DNA of 33,119 nucleotides from NCBI GenBank assembly GCA_964348805.1, contig CAYGDZ010000001.1, positions 1-33,119 of the forward strand. Reading direction: 5' to 3'. Numbering within the stretch: position 1 is the first letter of the stretch; every line of letters starts with the position of its first letter. The notes under the pieces are model-generated. The model was not told the origin of the DNA. It worked only from the letters and a program-made list of their open reading frames with translations, and searched no databases. Made by a program: the position numbers and the translations under genes. Origin of the DNA: an uncultured Candidatus Saccharibacteria bacterium. GTDB taxonomy: Bacteria > Patescibacteriota > Saccharimonadia > Saccharimonadales > Saccharimonadaceae. This document shows, in pieces, positions 1 to 10,057 of this stretch.

Positions 1-22
1 CTATTATACATTGGGACAGATT

Positions 23-33
23 TGGTATACAAT
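23..33 (+). promoter_or_regulatory. candidate -10 region (TGGTATACAAT) upstream of gap
   Basis: It resembles the TGGTATAAT-type element seen upstream of other genes in this window. The hexamer register is ambiguous (TATACA or TACAAT). It lies about 30 nt upstream of the AGGAG SD at 61-65. Confidence 0.3.
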
Positions 34-72
34 ATTATCCAAACAGCTAACGCTTTAAAAAGGAGTGGGAAC

Positions 73-1092
73 TTGGCGAAAACAAAAGTAGCAATTAACG
101 GCTTTGGCAGGATTGGCCGCAATGCATTCAAGATTGCATTTGAGCGCAGTGATATCGAGATCGTAGCAATCAATGACCTAACTGATAATAAAACTCTAGC
201 GCATTTGCTAAAACACGACAGTTCGTATGGTACATACGAACACGAGGTTGGTTTTGATGACGATGGCATAACTGTTGATGGCCAGAAAATCAAAATACTA
301 GCCGAGAAAGAGCCAGCTAGTTTGCCGTGGGGCGACCTAGGGGTTGATATTGTCATAGAAAGCACCGGCTTTTTTGTGAAACCTGAACTAGCCCAATCTC
401 ATATAGAGGGTGGTGGAGCCAAAAAGGTTGTTATCTCGGCTCCTGCAAAGGGTGATGGCGCAGATACAATCGTACTGGGTGTCAACGAAGACAAAATAGC
501 GACTGCCACTGATGTAGTATCAAATGCCAGTTGTACGACAAACTGTATTACGCCTGTCATGGCAGTGCTCGAGAGTAACTTTGGTATCGAAAAAGCCATG
601 ATGACAACTGTCCACAGCTACACAGCTAGCCAAAAGCTACAAGATGCACCAGCTAAAGATCTGCGTGAAGCACGTGCAGCAGCTCAAAACATCGTTCCTA
701 CAACGACTGGGGCATCAATTGCAGCAGCAAAAGCTTTGCCAGCTCTCGAGGGAGTCTTTGGTGGGCTGAGTGTCCGTGTGCCTACTCCCGTTGTTAGTAT
801 GAGTGACTTTGTTGTGCTGATAAAACGCGATACAACTGTTGATGAAATCAAACAAGTCTTTAAAAAAGCGGCCAAAGAGCCATTTTACCAAGGTATCTTG
901 GCGGTGACAGAAGAAGACCTCGTCTCATCTGACTTCAAAGGCAATTCGCACAGTGCAATAGTCGATCTGAACCTGACGAATGTCGTCGGTGGCAACTTGA
1001 TCAAAGTCGTGGCGTGGTATGACAACGAATGGGGTTATAGCAACAGGTTAGTCGAGCTAACTGCTGATATCGGTCGAACGTTGCAGACCTAG
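73..1092 (+). CDS. gap: glyceraldehyde-3-phosphate dehydrogenase, type I
   Basis: Track ORF 22..1092. It has the NGFGRIGRN Rossmann motif, the SNASCTTNC active-site Cys motif and WYDNEWGYS near the C-terminus. I place the start at the in-frame TTG at 73, 7 nt after AGGAG (61-65). Position 22 is only the longest-ORF alternative. Confidence 0.92.
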   Translation: MAKTKVAINGFGRIGRNAFKIAFERSDIEIVAINDLTDNKTLAHLLKHDSSYGTYEHEVGFDDDGITVDGQKIKILAEKEPASLPWGDLGVDIVIESTGFFVKPELAQSHIEGGGAKKVVISAPAKGDGADTIVLGVNEDKIATATDVVSNASCTTNCITPVMAVLESNFGIEKAMMTTVHSYTASQKLQDAPAKDLREARAAAQNIVPTTTGASIAAAKALPALEGVFGGLSVRVPTPVVSMSDFVVLIKRDTTVDEIKQVFKKAAKEPFYQGILAVTEEDLVSSDFKGNSHSAIVDLNLTNVVGGNLIKVVAWYDNEWGYSNRLVELTADIGRTLQT

Positions 1093-1121
1093 GCTAAATT
1101 GCTTATACTTAGAGGTATATT

Positions 1122-1574
1122 ATGAAGATATTTTTGGGCAGTGATCACAATGGCTTTCATCTGAAGGAAGATGTCTTTGCTTATTTAGTCAAACACGGTC
1201 ATGACGTAGAAGACGTAGGTGATGAAGTCTTGGACAAAGAAGATGATTTTCCGGAGTTTGCCGCAAAAGCCGCAATCAAAGTTTTGGGCAGTGAAGTTGA
1301 AGATACAAGGGCAATTCTATTATGCGGTGGAGCCCAAGGCATGGGTATGGCTGCTAATCGTTTTGACGGCATACGGGCCAGTGTCGTTTGGGACGCACAC
1401 GAAGCAAAAATAACTAGAAATGATAATGACAGCAATGTTCTGTGTCTACCAGCCAGAACACTGGAGGATGATGACGATGAATGGAAAAATATTATAGATA
1501 CATGGCTCAATACTCCATTTGCCAATGCCGAGCGATACCGACGACGAAATAAACAATTGGATAATTTACGATGA
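1122..1574 (+). CDS. rpiB: ribose-5-phosphate isomerase B (RpiB/LacAB family)
   Basis: 150 aa. The N-terminus is MKIFLGSDHNGF, with ILLCGGAQGMGMAANR carrying the conserved Cys. An AGAGG SD lies just upstream of the ATG. Confidence 0.88.
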   Translation: MKIFLGSDHNGFHLKEDVFAYLVKHGHDVEDVGDEVLDKEDDFPEFAAKAAIKVLGSEVEDTRAILLCGGAQGMGMAANRFDGIRASVVWDAHEAKITRNDNDSNVLCLPARTLEDDDDEWKNIIDTWLNTPFANAERYRRRNKQLDNLR

Positions 1575-2242
1575 GCATAGTAGTTCCAGCTATAACCGAG
1601 CAAAATGTTCAGGATATGAATGCTGAGTGGTTGAGAATGCAGCCATTTGCCAGTCGAATACATCTGGATCTGATGGACGGCCAATTCGCACCTGGTCAAC
1701 CGATTCCAATCGGTGAATTATCGTGGTCCGAAGGTTGGCAAGTCGATATGCATTTGATGTATCAGCAGCCGCTCGAGCAACTTCCTGCCATTGTCGCAAT
1801 GAACCCAAAACCTAGTTTGGTGGTTTTTCATGCCGAGGCAGAAGGTGATTTGCTGGAATTCACTAAGGGCCTGCATGATGCAGGTATAAAAGCTGGGGTG
1901 GCACTGATGCGATCTACTGTACCTAGCGACAAGGCTGATCTGATCGCTGCTGTCGATCACGTGCTGATATTTAGCGGTGACCTAGGCAAACATGGTGGCA
2001 AAGCCAATATGTTGCAACTAGAGAAAGTCCAGCTAATCCACAAGATCAACGACGAAGTCGAGATTGGCTGGGATGGAGGGGCTAATGTTGATAATGCTTA
2101 TACACTGGCGCTGGGCGGTATAGATGTTATCAATGTCGGCCATGCGTTGGCTGATGTCGAAGATCCAGAAGGTGTCTATCGCAAATTTGATTTTGAAGTC
2201 CATCGAAAAGATGTTCTGAAAAAGAAAGAGGAAAAAGAGTAA
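1571..2242 (+). CDS. rpe: ribulose-phosphate 3-epimerase-like protein
   Basis: 223 aa with an HLDLMDGQFAP metal-binding motif typical of RPE TIM barrels. The ATGA start/stop overlap with rpiB indicates translational coupling. Confidence 0.8.
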   Translation: MSIVVPAITEQNVQDMNAEWLRMQPFASRIHLDLMDGQFAPGQPIPIGELSWSEGWQVDMHLMYQQPLEQLPAIVAMNPKPSLVVFHAEAEGDLLEFTKGLHDAGIKAGVALMRSTVPSDKADLIAAVDHVLIFSGDLGKHGGKANMLQLEKVQLIHKINDEVEIGWDGGANVDNAYTLALGGIDVINVGHALADVEDPEGVYRKFDFEVHRKDVLKKKEEKE

Positions 2243-2247
2243 TCAGC

Positions 2248-3108
2248 ATGGGTGGGAAATTAACAACTGCTCAGCTAGAGCAAAAAGCCGAAACAATCCG
2301 CGAGGATATCATCACTATGCTAGAAGCTGCAGGATCAGGCCACAGCGCCGGTCCGCTCGGTCTAGCTGATATTTTTGCCGCACTGTATTTTGATATTCTC
2401 AATATTGACCCATCGAATCCATCGTGGGAGGGTCGCGACCGATTACTGCTATCAAACGGGCACTGTGTTCCTGTTCAATATGCCGCTATGGCCGAGGCTG
2501 GTTTTTTTGAAAAAGATGAGTTGAAGACTCTACGCAAGCTAGGTTCACGCCTGCAAGGCCACCCCGAGCGTGAGAAATTGCCCGGTCTCGAGACGACTTC
2601 TGGTCCATTAGGCTCTGGCCTGTCACAGGCGGCAGGTATGGCATATGTTATCGAGAAGATAGACAATCTGAAAGACCAGTGGGTATATGTTGTCATGGGT
2701 GACGGCGAGTTGAACGAAGGCAATATTTGGGAAGCCGCAATGTTCGCTGGCAAAAACAAGCTTTCGCGTCTGATTGGTATAATCGACCGGAATAACATTC
2801 AAATTGATGGTCCTACAGAATCTGTTATGCCGCTCGAAGACCTGAAGGGTAAATGGGAGTCATTTGGCTGGCACGTCCAAGAAATTGACGGAAATAATAT
2901 CGAAAGTGTCATTGACGCAGTTGCCTTGGCAAGGTCAGTCACTAATCGTCCTAGTGTTATCATAGCGCATACTGTTCCAGGCAAAGGTGTTGATTTCATG
3001 GAATACGACTATACATGGCACGGTAAACCGCCGAATCACGAGCAAGCCAAAGAAGCTCTAACAAAACTACGAACACTCAATGGCAAGATCACAGGAGAGC
3101 ACGAATGA
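2248..3108 (+). CDS. tkt: transketolase, N-terminal (ThDP-binding) subunit
   Basis: 286 aa. It has GHSAGPLG, the GDGELNEGNIWEA ThDP motif and NNIQIDG. This is the split-transketolase arrangement. Confidence 0.9.
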   Translation: MGGKLTTAQLEQKAETIREDIITMLEAAGSGHSAGPLGLADIFAALYFDILNIDPSNPSWEGRDRLLLSNGHCVPVQYAAMAEAGFFEKDELKTLRKLGSRLQGHPEREKLPGLETTSGPLGSGLSQAAGMAYVIEKIDNLKDQWVYVVMGDGELNEGNIWEAAMFAGKNKLSRLIGIIDRNNIQIDGPTESVMPLEDLKGKWESFGWHVQEIDGNNIESVIDAVALARSVTNRPSVIIAHTVPGKGVDFMEYDYTWHGKPPNHEQAKEALTKLRTLNGKITGEHE

Positions 3109-4103
3109 GCAATTTTCCATTGAATCCCAAACTGCACGATGAAGATGTCGAGCAAGAACCAATTCGTGCTGGATTTGGTCGTGGTCTCAAAATTGCTGGC
3201 GAGCAAAATGAACAGATTGTGGCCCTGTGTGCAGACCTAACCGACTCGACCCAAATGAATCATTTTCGTGATGCATTTCCTGAACGATTTATCGAAATTG
3301 GTGTAGCCGAGCAAAACCTTGTGACAGTCGCCAGTGGAATGGCAGCCATGGGTAAGATACCATTTACGTCTAGTTATGCTGCATTTAGTCCTGGGCGCAA
3401 CTGGGAACAAATACGAACTACAATATGCCTAAATAATCAGCCAGTCAAAGTTATTGGCTCGCATGCAGGAGTCAGCGTTGGCCCGGACGGCGCAACTCAC
3501 CAAATGTTAGAAGATATTGCCTTGATGCGAGTATTGCCCAATATGGTTGTCATAGCGCCTGGTGATTCTGTCGAAGCCGAGAAAGCTACATTGGCTCTCG
3601 CCGGTGACGGCCGACCAGCCTACCTGCGATTAGCCCGAGAAAAAACACCAATCTTTAGCACCAATGAATCGCCGTTCGAGATTGGCAAAGCTTATGTGCT
3701 GCGCGAGGGACGAGATATTACGCTACTGGGCACAGGAACTATGACCTACCAATTATTAGTTGCAGCCGATCTATTATCTCAGGAAGGTATCGAGGCTGAA
3801 GTTGTACATGTACCGACAATCAAACCTCTTGATGGCGACACTATCTTGGCATCACTGCGAAAGACTGGCAGGGCATTGACTGCCGAAGAAGGTCAGAGGA
3901 GCGGTGGGTTTGGCGGAGCAGTATCTGAACTGCTGAGCTCTAAACTACCAATGCCCCTAAAACGCATAGGTATGAGGGATCGATTTGGCGAGAGTGGCGA
4001 TCCGGCCGAGTTGCTGCAAAAGTTTGAACTAACCAGCGACAGCATTGTCTACAAAGCCCGAACATTTGTACACAGCATACCGCAATATAAACAAGGATTT
4101 TAG
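3105..4103 (+). CDS. tkt: transketolase, C-terminal (pyrimidine-binding) subunit
   Basis: 332 aa with GVAEQNLVTVASGMA and GPDGATHQMLEDIALMR motifs. It has an ATGA overlap with the N-terminal subunit gene. Confidence 0.9.
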   Translation: MSNFPLNPKLHDEDVEQEPIRAGFGRGLKIAGEQNEQIVALCADLTDSTQMNHFRDAFPERFIEIGVAEQNLVTVASGMAAMGKIPFTSSYAAFSPGRNWEQIRTTICLNNQPVKVIGSHAGVSVGPDGATHQMLEDIALMRVLPNMVVIAPGDSVEAEKATLALAGDGRPAYLRLAREKTPIFSTNESPFEIGKAYVLREGRDITLLGTGTMTYQLLVAADLLSQEGIEAEVVHVPTIKPLDGDTILASLRKTGRALTAEEGQRSGGFGGAVSELLSSKLPMPLKRIGMRDRFGESGDPAELLQKFELTSDSIVYKARTFVHSIPQYKQGF

Positions 4104-4111
4104 GAGGAAGT

Positions 4112-5023
4112 ATGTCAATGACAATCAAAGAAATTCGTGATCGTACTACCAGAGCTAGGCACTTGATGCAGCGTTCGCGTCAGCAAAAATTTGCGGTCGG
4201 AGCATTTAATATTGATAACCAAGAGACCTTGATAGCAGTTAGCAAGGCTGCGCAAAAGCTCAACTCGCCAGTATTGGTAGAAGTCAGTGATGGTGAAGTC
4301 AAGGCCTTGGGTTTGGATAATATCCGTGATATGGTTGACAACTACCGCGAAGAATACGGTGTTGAGATGTACATCAATCTAGACCATGCACCAACTGTCG
4401 AAGCTTGCAAGCGCGCGATTGACGCAGGCTTTGAATTCATACACATCGATGTATCACAGGCTAATCACGACGCCACGACCGATGAAATTATAGCTTCAAC
4501 AAAAGAAGTTGTTGAATATGCCAAATTCACTGGCGCACTAGTCGAGAGCGAGCCACACTACTTTGGTGGTAGTTCGAATGTACATGAGGAAGAAATCGAC
4601 TATGATGAAATCAAAAAAACATTTTCGACACCCGAGGGCACGAAATCATTTGTTGATGCGACTAGTATAGATACATTTGCCGCAGCCATTGGCAACCTGC
4701 ATGGTAAATATCCCGTACCAAAAGTTTTAGATTTAGACCTGTTACAGCGTATCCGCGACAGTATCGACTGTCAGATATCCTTGCACGGTGGATCTGGTAC
4801 CCCGCTCAATTTCTTTGAACGTGCCGCACAAATCGGTGTTAGCAAAATCAATATTAACAGCGATATGCGTGTAGCCTTCCGTGAAACGTTAGAAAAGGTC
4901 CTAGCTGACAATCCAAAAGAATATGCAATCGTCAAACTAATGCCAGAGGTGTACGAGGCTGTTCAGGTAGTCGTAGAGGAAAAGATCAAAGCCTTTGGCA
5001 GCGAGGGAAAAGCAGTTGTCTAA
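4112..5023 (+). CDS. fba: class II fructose-bisphosphate aldolase family protein
   Basis: 303 aa with NLDHA, IHIDVS and ISLHGGSGTP motifs of class II (metal-dependent) FBP/tagatose-BP aldolases. A strong AGGAGG SD sits at 4102-4107. Confidence 0.88.
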   Translation: MSMTIKEIRDRTTRARHLMQRSRQQKFAVGAFNIDNQETLIAVSKAAQKLNSPVLVEVSDGEVKALGLDNIRDMVDNYREEYGVEMYINLDHAPTVEACKRAIDAGFEFIHIDVSQANHDATTDEIIASTKEVVEYAKFTGALVESEPHYFGGSSNVHEEEIDYDEIKKTFSTPEGTKSFVDATSIDTFAAAIGNLHGKYPVPKVLDLDLLQRIRDSIDCQISLHGGSGTPLNFFERAAQIGVSKININSDMRVAFRETLEKVLADNPKEYAIVKLMPEVYEAVQVVVEEKIKAFGSEGKAVV

Positions 5024-5984
5024 ACAGCCGACAATTCTAACTATTGGCAAGGCAACCCAGGATGTCTTTTTGAAAAGTACTAAAAACTTTGTGCCACAAG
5101 AGCACAAAGGCGTTCGATATGAACAACTACCACTAGGCAAGAAATTAGATCTCGACGAGGTAATCTTTGCAACAGGTGGTAATGTCACCAATGCGGCAGT
5201 GACTTTTGCTAGGCAGGGTTTAAATAGCAAGTACATATGGGCACTAGGTACGGATGTATCATCAGAAGCAATTTTGAAAGATTTGGACAGAGAAAATGTA
5301 GATACGACTGGCGTTGTGCAGGATGAGCAGTATCGTGCTAGCTACTCGACAATATTGCTAGCAAACGATGGCGAGCGAACTATTCTAAACTACAAAGGTA
5401 CCAAGTTGGCTAGTGACGGACACCCTCTGGATTTATCTGCCATAGAACAGTCTGACTGGGTGTATCTGTCGGCCTTGGGTGATATGAAGTTGCTAGAAAA
5501 AATTATTTCGCTCGCAGCCAGGCATGATACAAAAGTGATGCTGAATCCGGCCGGGGCTGAATTAAAGGAAAGCCACAAGCTAAATAGTTTGCTTGATGAC
5601 GTGGCTGTTTTGGCTGTTAACAAAGAGGAGGCTCAGCAGATAGTAAACGGCCAAACCCTAGACGAGCTATTGCGGCATGCGACCAACCTATGTCCCGTGG
5701 TCATCATCTCGGACGGTCCAAATGGTGTTGTCGCAACCGACAGCAAAACAATCATTAGGGCCGGTATGTACGAAGACGTTCCAGTTGTCGACCGTACCGG
5801 AGCCGGTGATGCATTTGGTTCAGGATTCTTGAGCCAATGGTCGCAGGGTAAAACACTGCAAGAGTCCATAATCTTTGCCAGTGCCAATTCGACCTCTGTT
5901 GTAACAAAAATTGGCGCAAAAGCCGGGATACTGCACAAAGGAACCAAATTACATCACATGCCAATCGACGAAAAGCCGTTTTGA
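4995..5984 (+). CDS. PfkB-family sugar/sugar-phosphate kinase (ribokinase-like); substrate not assignable
   Basis: It has the GGNVTNAA N-terminal motif and the DRTGAGDAFGSGF ATP/anion-hole motif of the PfkB family. The track start is TTG 4995. An in-frame TTG at 5016, preceded by GAGGGAAAAG, is an equally plausible start. Confidence 0.85.
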   Translation: MAAREKQLSKQPTILTIGKATQDVFLKSTKNFVPQEHKGVRYEQLPLGKKLDLDEVIFATGGNVTNAAVTFARQGLNSKYIWALGTDVSSEAILKDLDRENVDTTGVVQDEQYRASYSTILLANDGERTILNYKGTKLASDGHPLDLSAIEQSDWVYLSALGDMKLLEKIISLAARHDTKVMLNPAGAELKESHKLNSLLDDVAVLAVNKEEAQQIVNGQTLDELLRHATNLCPVVIISDGPNGVVATDSKTIIRAGMYEDVPVVDRTGAGDAFGSGFLSQWSQGKTLQESIIFASANSTSVVTKIGAKAGILHKGTKLHHMPIDEKPF

Positions 5985-5986
5985 TC

Positions 5987-5995
5987 TGGTATAAT
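5987..5995 (+). promoter_or_regulatory. extended -10 promoter element TGGTATAAT
   Basis: Exact TGnTATAAT located 35 nt upstream of ATG 6031, immediately after the pfkB stop codon. Confidence 0.5.
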
Positions 5996-6030
5996 CATTA
6001 GCATAATATATGGTGGGAAAACAATAAAAA

Positions 6031-8040
6031 ATGTCAAAATTTCTACGTGATTTATTAGATGCCGAAGAACCACTTTTTGGCTTGAGTCTACGTGACCTAG
6101 AAAAGTCTAGTGGCAGGCAAGGCGTCGATGCCAGGCTGATTGCTGATATTACCCAGGAAACTCACAAAGCTATTCGCGAGCTAGGCCTGGATCACAAAAA
6201 CACCACTGGCAAAGAGTTTTATCAGGCGTTAATGGCCCGAATCGCCAGTGATAACGAAAGGGTGACGAAAATAGTTGGCGGAACTGACAGCGATGATGTG
6301 CGCCAAATGGTTCCATTGCTGGTGGCCGCAGCTAACAAGGTGAAATTTAATCGTAAAGTCTTTGTACTAAAACACGACAAAGCCAAAGACCTGTTACGGC
6401 AAATGCCACCCAAAAAGCTGATGCAGCGGCTAGGCTATAGTGATATCGAAGATTTGTTCAATGGCGAGAATTTTTCTGAAACTTACACAGCCCTGCGATT
6501 TTCCGAAGGCCCAGAGTGGCTAAACGAATATAACGAGTTGTTCAAGACTGTTACGGCTGATGATTACGAAGAACGTGATATCGAAATCGTTGTTATGGAT
6601 CATGACAAGTATGTTGATCTTGCCGAACATTTTGTGCAAAAAAAGCTGCATAATGTCACACACACTAAAGAACTAGGTGTGATCGTAGTAGTTCCAATGT
6701 ATGCGACTCGCGTAAAAGGCTTAACGCTAAAAACTCTACCCCTTTTGTTTCACTATCTAAACGAAGTAAAACTATATTCGACTTTCTTTAAACTAAAATC
6801 CAAAACAGCCAAGCGATTCGGCGAAACTGTTATGGAAACGTTGATTGCCGACCCAGCCAAGGCGGCGTCGATATCTGGCAGACATGTACACTGGCGAGTC
6901 ATACAGCGTTATTTTGGCAAGTTAAAGGATGAGAGTCACCTAGAAGCGTTTGAACCACATGTCCAGCCCGAGGATCTGCACTGGCGACGTGCCGAAGAAT
7001 TGTTGTACCAGATAGATCCTGAAATGAAATTTTACAAAGATCGCGATTGGGTCGGTATGATATATGATGGCAGTCCTGTGACACTCAACTTTGTCGACAT
7101 TGCCCTCAGTTATTCAAACGGCATTAGCTACGAAGATCGCTATGTCTATCACTTTCGCGAGAGCTTGTGGAACGAGATATTTGCCCGCTATATGGGAATG
7201 CCGAATTTAAAAGAGCAAGTACTAAATCAGCTAGACAACGACATGATAGAACCAGAAAAGCTAGGTACCGGTAAAAAAAAACGAGCTAAGGCCGCAGGGC
7301 TAAAAAAAGCGCCATATGACGCAAAAGCACTGATCGAACAGAACAAGCTAAAGCATTTGTTAGTTCGTGAAAAGTTAGTCGATGCCGCAGCTGGCAAATT
7401 GATAGGTGTCGTCGATGAGTTTGAACAAGCTTTTGAAGTTCTAGGAAAGTATCCCAGAACTGTCAGTGTTTTCGGCTCGGCACGTCTACCTCAAAGTGAT
7501 CCTGCCTGCAAAGCCGCCTATGAGTTAACGAAAAAAATCGCTCAGGAGGATTACGCAATAGTCACTGGTGGCGGACACGGTATTATGGAAGCCGCAAACC
7601 ATGCTGCCTATGATGTTGGTACCGGTTCTGTTGGCCTAAATATTGAACTACCGACCGAACAGAGCCTGAACAAATATACTACCGATCATTACACCTTCGA
7701 ACATTTCTTTAGCCGCAAAGTAGCCCTGACTTTTGACGCCAGTGGCTATGTATTTTGTGCCGGTGGTTTTGGCACAATGGACGAATTATTCGAGATCACT
7801 ACCTTGGCCCAAACTGGCATCATCCCTCGTGCGCCAATAATCTTGTATGGCAGTGATTTTTGGAATCCACTAGCTGACTATATAGAACAAACATTGAGCA
7901 AAAAGTTTGGAACTATTGGTCCGGACGATCCGCAGCTACATATCATCACCGATGACCCACTAGAAATAATCGCCTATATCGAATCTTACGAGAACGGCCG
8001 ACCCACGTTCCAGAACTACTCTAGCGTGCATCAGCTATAA
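6031..8040 (+). CDS. fusion protein: unrecognised ~430-aa N-terminal domain plus C-terminal LOG / TIGR00730-type nucleotide phosphoribohydrolase domain
   Basis: The C-terminal ~200 aa carry [22 protein letters not shown] and [12 protein letters not shown] (the PGGxGTxxE-type LOG signature). I do not recognise the N-terminal 430 aa. The two parts are joined by a Lys-rich linker, [15 protein letters not shown]. Confidence 0.8.
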   Translation: MSKFLRDLLDAEEPLFGLSLRDLEKSSGRQGVDARLIADITQETHKAIRELGLDHKNTTGKEFYQALMARIASDNERVTKIVGGTDSDDVRQMVPLLVAAANKVKFNRKVFVLKHDKAKDLLRQMPPKKLMQRLGYSDIEDLFNGENFSETYTALRFSEGPEWLNEYNELFKTVTADDYEERDIEIVVMDHDKYVDLAEHFVQKKLHNVTHTKELGVIVVVPMYATRVKGLTLKTLPLLFHYLNEVKLYSTFFKLKSKTAKRFGETVMETLIADPAKAASISGRHVHWRVIQRYFGKLKDESHLEAFEPHVQPEDLHWRRAEELLYQIDPEMKFYKDRDWVGMIYDGSPVTLNFVDIALSYSNGISYEDRYVYHFRESLWNEIFARYMGMPNLKEQVLNQLDNDMIEPEKLGTGKKKRAKAAGLKKAPYDAKALIEQNKLKHLLVREKLVDAAAGKLIGVVDEFEQAFEVLGKYPRTVSVFGSARLPQSDPACKAAYELTKKIAQEDYAIVTGGGHGIMEAANHAAYDVGTGSVGLNIELPTEQSLNKYTTDHYTFEHFFSRKVALTFDASGYVFCAGGFGTMDELFEITTLAQTGIIPRAPIILYGSDFWNPLADYIEQTLSKKFGTIGPDDPQLHIITDDPLEIIAYIESYENGRPTFQNYSSVHQL

Positions 8041-8047
8041 TAGTAGG

Positions 8048-10012
8048 ATGACAAAGTTCAAGCTAGTGACAAAATATCAGCCAACTGGGGATCAGCCTGC
8101 AGCCATTACTCAGTTAGTGAAAGGATTGGAAGCTGGTGAGCGTGAACAGACGCTACTGGGCGTAACGGGTAGTGGCAAGACCTTTACCATGGCAAACATT
8201 ATTGCAAACCGTCAGACGCCGACATTGGTTTTGGCTCATAACAAAACCTTGGCTGCACAGTTATATAGCGAGTTCAAATCATTCTTTCCTGAAAACGAAG
8301 TTCATTATTTTGTCAGCTACTTTGACTATTATCAACCCGAAGCCTACATAGCTAGTCGCGATGTGTATATCGAAAAAGACAGCAAGATTAACGAAGAAAT
8401 CGACAAGCTGCGGCATGCAGCTACTGCAGCCCTGCTAACTGGTCGCGACGTGATCATCGTTGCCAGTGTCAGCTGTATCTACGGCATTGGTTCACCAGAA
8501 GCCTATAGCCAAATGTCCGTCACTGTTAAAAAAGGCGAAAGACGTTCGTTAGATAAATTCGTACGACATCTAACAGATATCCAATATCAACGAAATGATA
8601 TTGATTTTTCTCGTGGTACGTTCCGTCAGCGTGGTGATATCATCGACGTGTTTCCTGCAGGTGGAGACAATGCCTATCGTATAGAGTTTTTTGGAGATGA
8701 GGTTGAAAGCATCAGCGAGATCAACCCGCTGACTGGTGAAATTATGCGCAGACCCAGCGAAGTACACATTTTCCCGAGCTCGCACTATGTAACACCAAAA
8801 GAAAAACTAGAACATGCTCTAGTCGGTATCAAAAAAGAGTTCGAACAGCAGGTGCAACACTTTGAAAAGGCTGGTAAGTTCCTAGAAGCCCAGCGTCTGA
8901 CGCAGCGTACAAAATACGATATCGAAATGTTAGAGGAAACTGGGTTTGTAAAAGGCATCGAAAACTACTCACGTTATCTGACTGATCGCGAGCCAGGTGC
9001 CCAGCCAGCAACCTTGATAGATTATTTCCCTGACGATTGGCTACTGATGGTAGACGAATCGCACATGAGTTTGCCGCAGGTTCGTGGAATGTATAACGGT
9101 GATCGAGCTCGCAAGGAGACATTGGTCGAGCATGGATTCCGTATGCCTAGTGCGCTAGATAACCGACCACTACGCTTTGATGAATTTAATGATCATATCA
9201 ACCAGGTAATCTACGTATCAGCAACCCCGGCAGACTATGAATTGGAACATTCACCACCACCCGCACAGCAAGTTATCCGTCCAACAGGACTACTGGATCC
9301 TGTGATAGACATTCGACCATCTGAGGGTCAAGTTGACGATTTGATCGCAGAGATACGCGAGCGTACTGCTAATCATCAACGTGTATTAGTGACTACACTA
9401 ACAAAGCGCATGGCCGAAGATCTAACGACTCACCTGGAGGAGTTGGGTATCAAGGTAGCGTATATTCACAGCGATATCGACACATTAGAGCGAGGCGATA
9501 TACTAAAATCTCTGCGACTTGGTGAGTTTGACGTGTTGGTTGGTATTAACCTGTTGCGTGAGGGTTTGGACTTGCCAGAAGTCAGCCTAGTGGCAATTAT
9601 AGATGCCGACAAAGAAGGTTTCCTGCGTAGTGCCAGCGCCTTGATACAAACAATTGGTCGTGCAGCGCGTCACCTAGATGGCAAAGTCATCATGTACGCT
9701 GACCACGAAACCGATTCTATGAAAAAGGCGATCGGTGAAACTAACCGCCGCCGCAAAATCCAAGAAGATTACAATACGCAGCACAACATCACACCCGAGA
9801 GTATTGCCAAAGAAATTAGCGAAGGCTTGCGTGCTATCATACCTGAAAAAGATAAAGGTCCGACCCTAAATCTCAAGAAAATTCCTGTTGATGAATATCC
9901 ACATCTATTAAAAGAATTGACTGGCCAAATGGAGTTAGCCAGCGCCAATCTAGAGTTTGAAAAAGCTGCAGAGTTGCGTGATTCGATAGCTGAAATAAAA
10001 AAGAAGATGTAA
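8048..10012 (+). CDS. uvrB: excinuclease ABC subunit B
   Basis: 654 aa with the [12 protein letters not shown] Walker A motif, the [14 protein letters not shown]-like beta-hairpin region, helicase motifs, and a C-terminal UVR domain ([11 protein letters not shown]). Confidence 0.95.
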   Translation: MTKFKLVTKYQPTGDQPAAITQLVKGLEAGEREQTLLGVTGSGKTFTMANIIANRQTPTLVLAHNKTLAAQLYSEFKSFFPENEVHYFVSYFDYYQPEAYIASRDVYIEKDSKINEEIDKLRHAATAALLTGRDVIIVASVSCIYGIGSPEAYSQMSVTVKKGERRSLDKFVRHLTDIQYQRNDIDFSRGTFRQRGDIIDVFPAGGDNAYRIEFFGDEVESISEINPLTGEIMRRPSEVHIFPSSHYVTPKEKLEHALVGIKKEFEQQVQHFEKAGKFLEAQRLTQRTKYDIEMLEETGFVKGIENYSRYLTDREPGAQPATLIDYFPDDWLLMVDESHMSLPQVRGMYNGDRARKETLVEHGFRMPSALDNRPLRFDEFNDHINQVIYVSATPADYELEHSPPPAQQVIRPTGLLDPVIDIRPSEGQVDDLIAEIRERTANHQRVLVTTLTKRMAEDLTTHLEELGIKVAYIHSDIDTLERGDILKSLRLGEFDVLVGINLLREGLDLPEVSLVAIIDADKEGFLRSASALIQTIGRAARHLDGKVIMYADHETDSMKKAIGETNRRRKIQEDYNTQHNITPESIAKEISEGLRAIIPEKDKGPTLNLKKIPVDEYPHLLKELTGQMELASANLEFEKAAELRDSIAEIKKKM

Positions 10013-10017
10013 GGAAA

Positions 10018-10055
10018 AGCCCTGGCAGTCTCGTTTTGTGTAGACTGCCAGGGCT
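10018..10055. terminator. perfect 14-bp hairpin between convergent genes (putative bidirectional terminator)
   Basis: AGCCCTGGCAGTCT (10018-10031) and AGACTGCCAGGGCT (10042-10055) are exact reverse complements with a 10-nt loop. The flanking U-tracts are weak. Confidence 0.55.
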
Positions 10056-10057
10056 AG

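Noticed and set aside
4995-5984. Calling the PfkB-family gene rbsK or pfkB specifically
   Set aside because: Only the family motifs (GGNVTNAA, DRTGAGDAFGSGF) are visible. Substrate specificity in this family cannot be read from sequence by eye, so I left the symbol blank.
10018-10055. The 14-bp perfect inverted repeat after uvrB as a mobile-element end or recombination site
   Set aside because: It is a single copy in the window, located exactly between two convergent stop codons. A transcription terminator or mRNA-stabilising hairpin is the simpler explanation.
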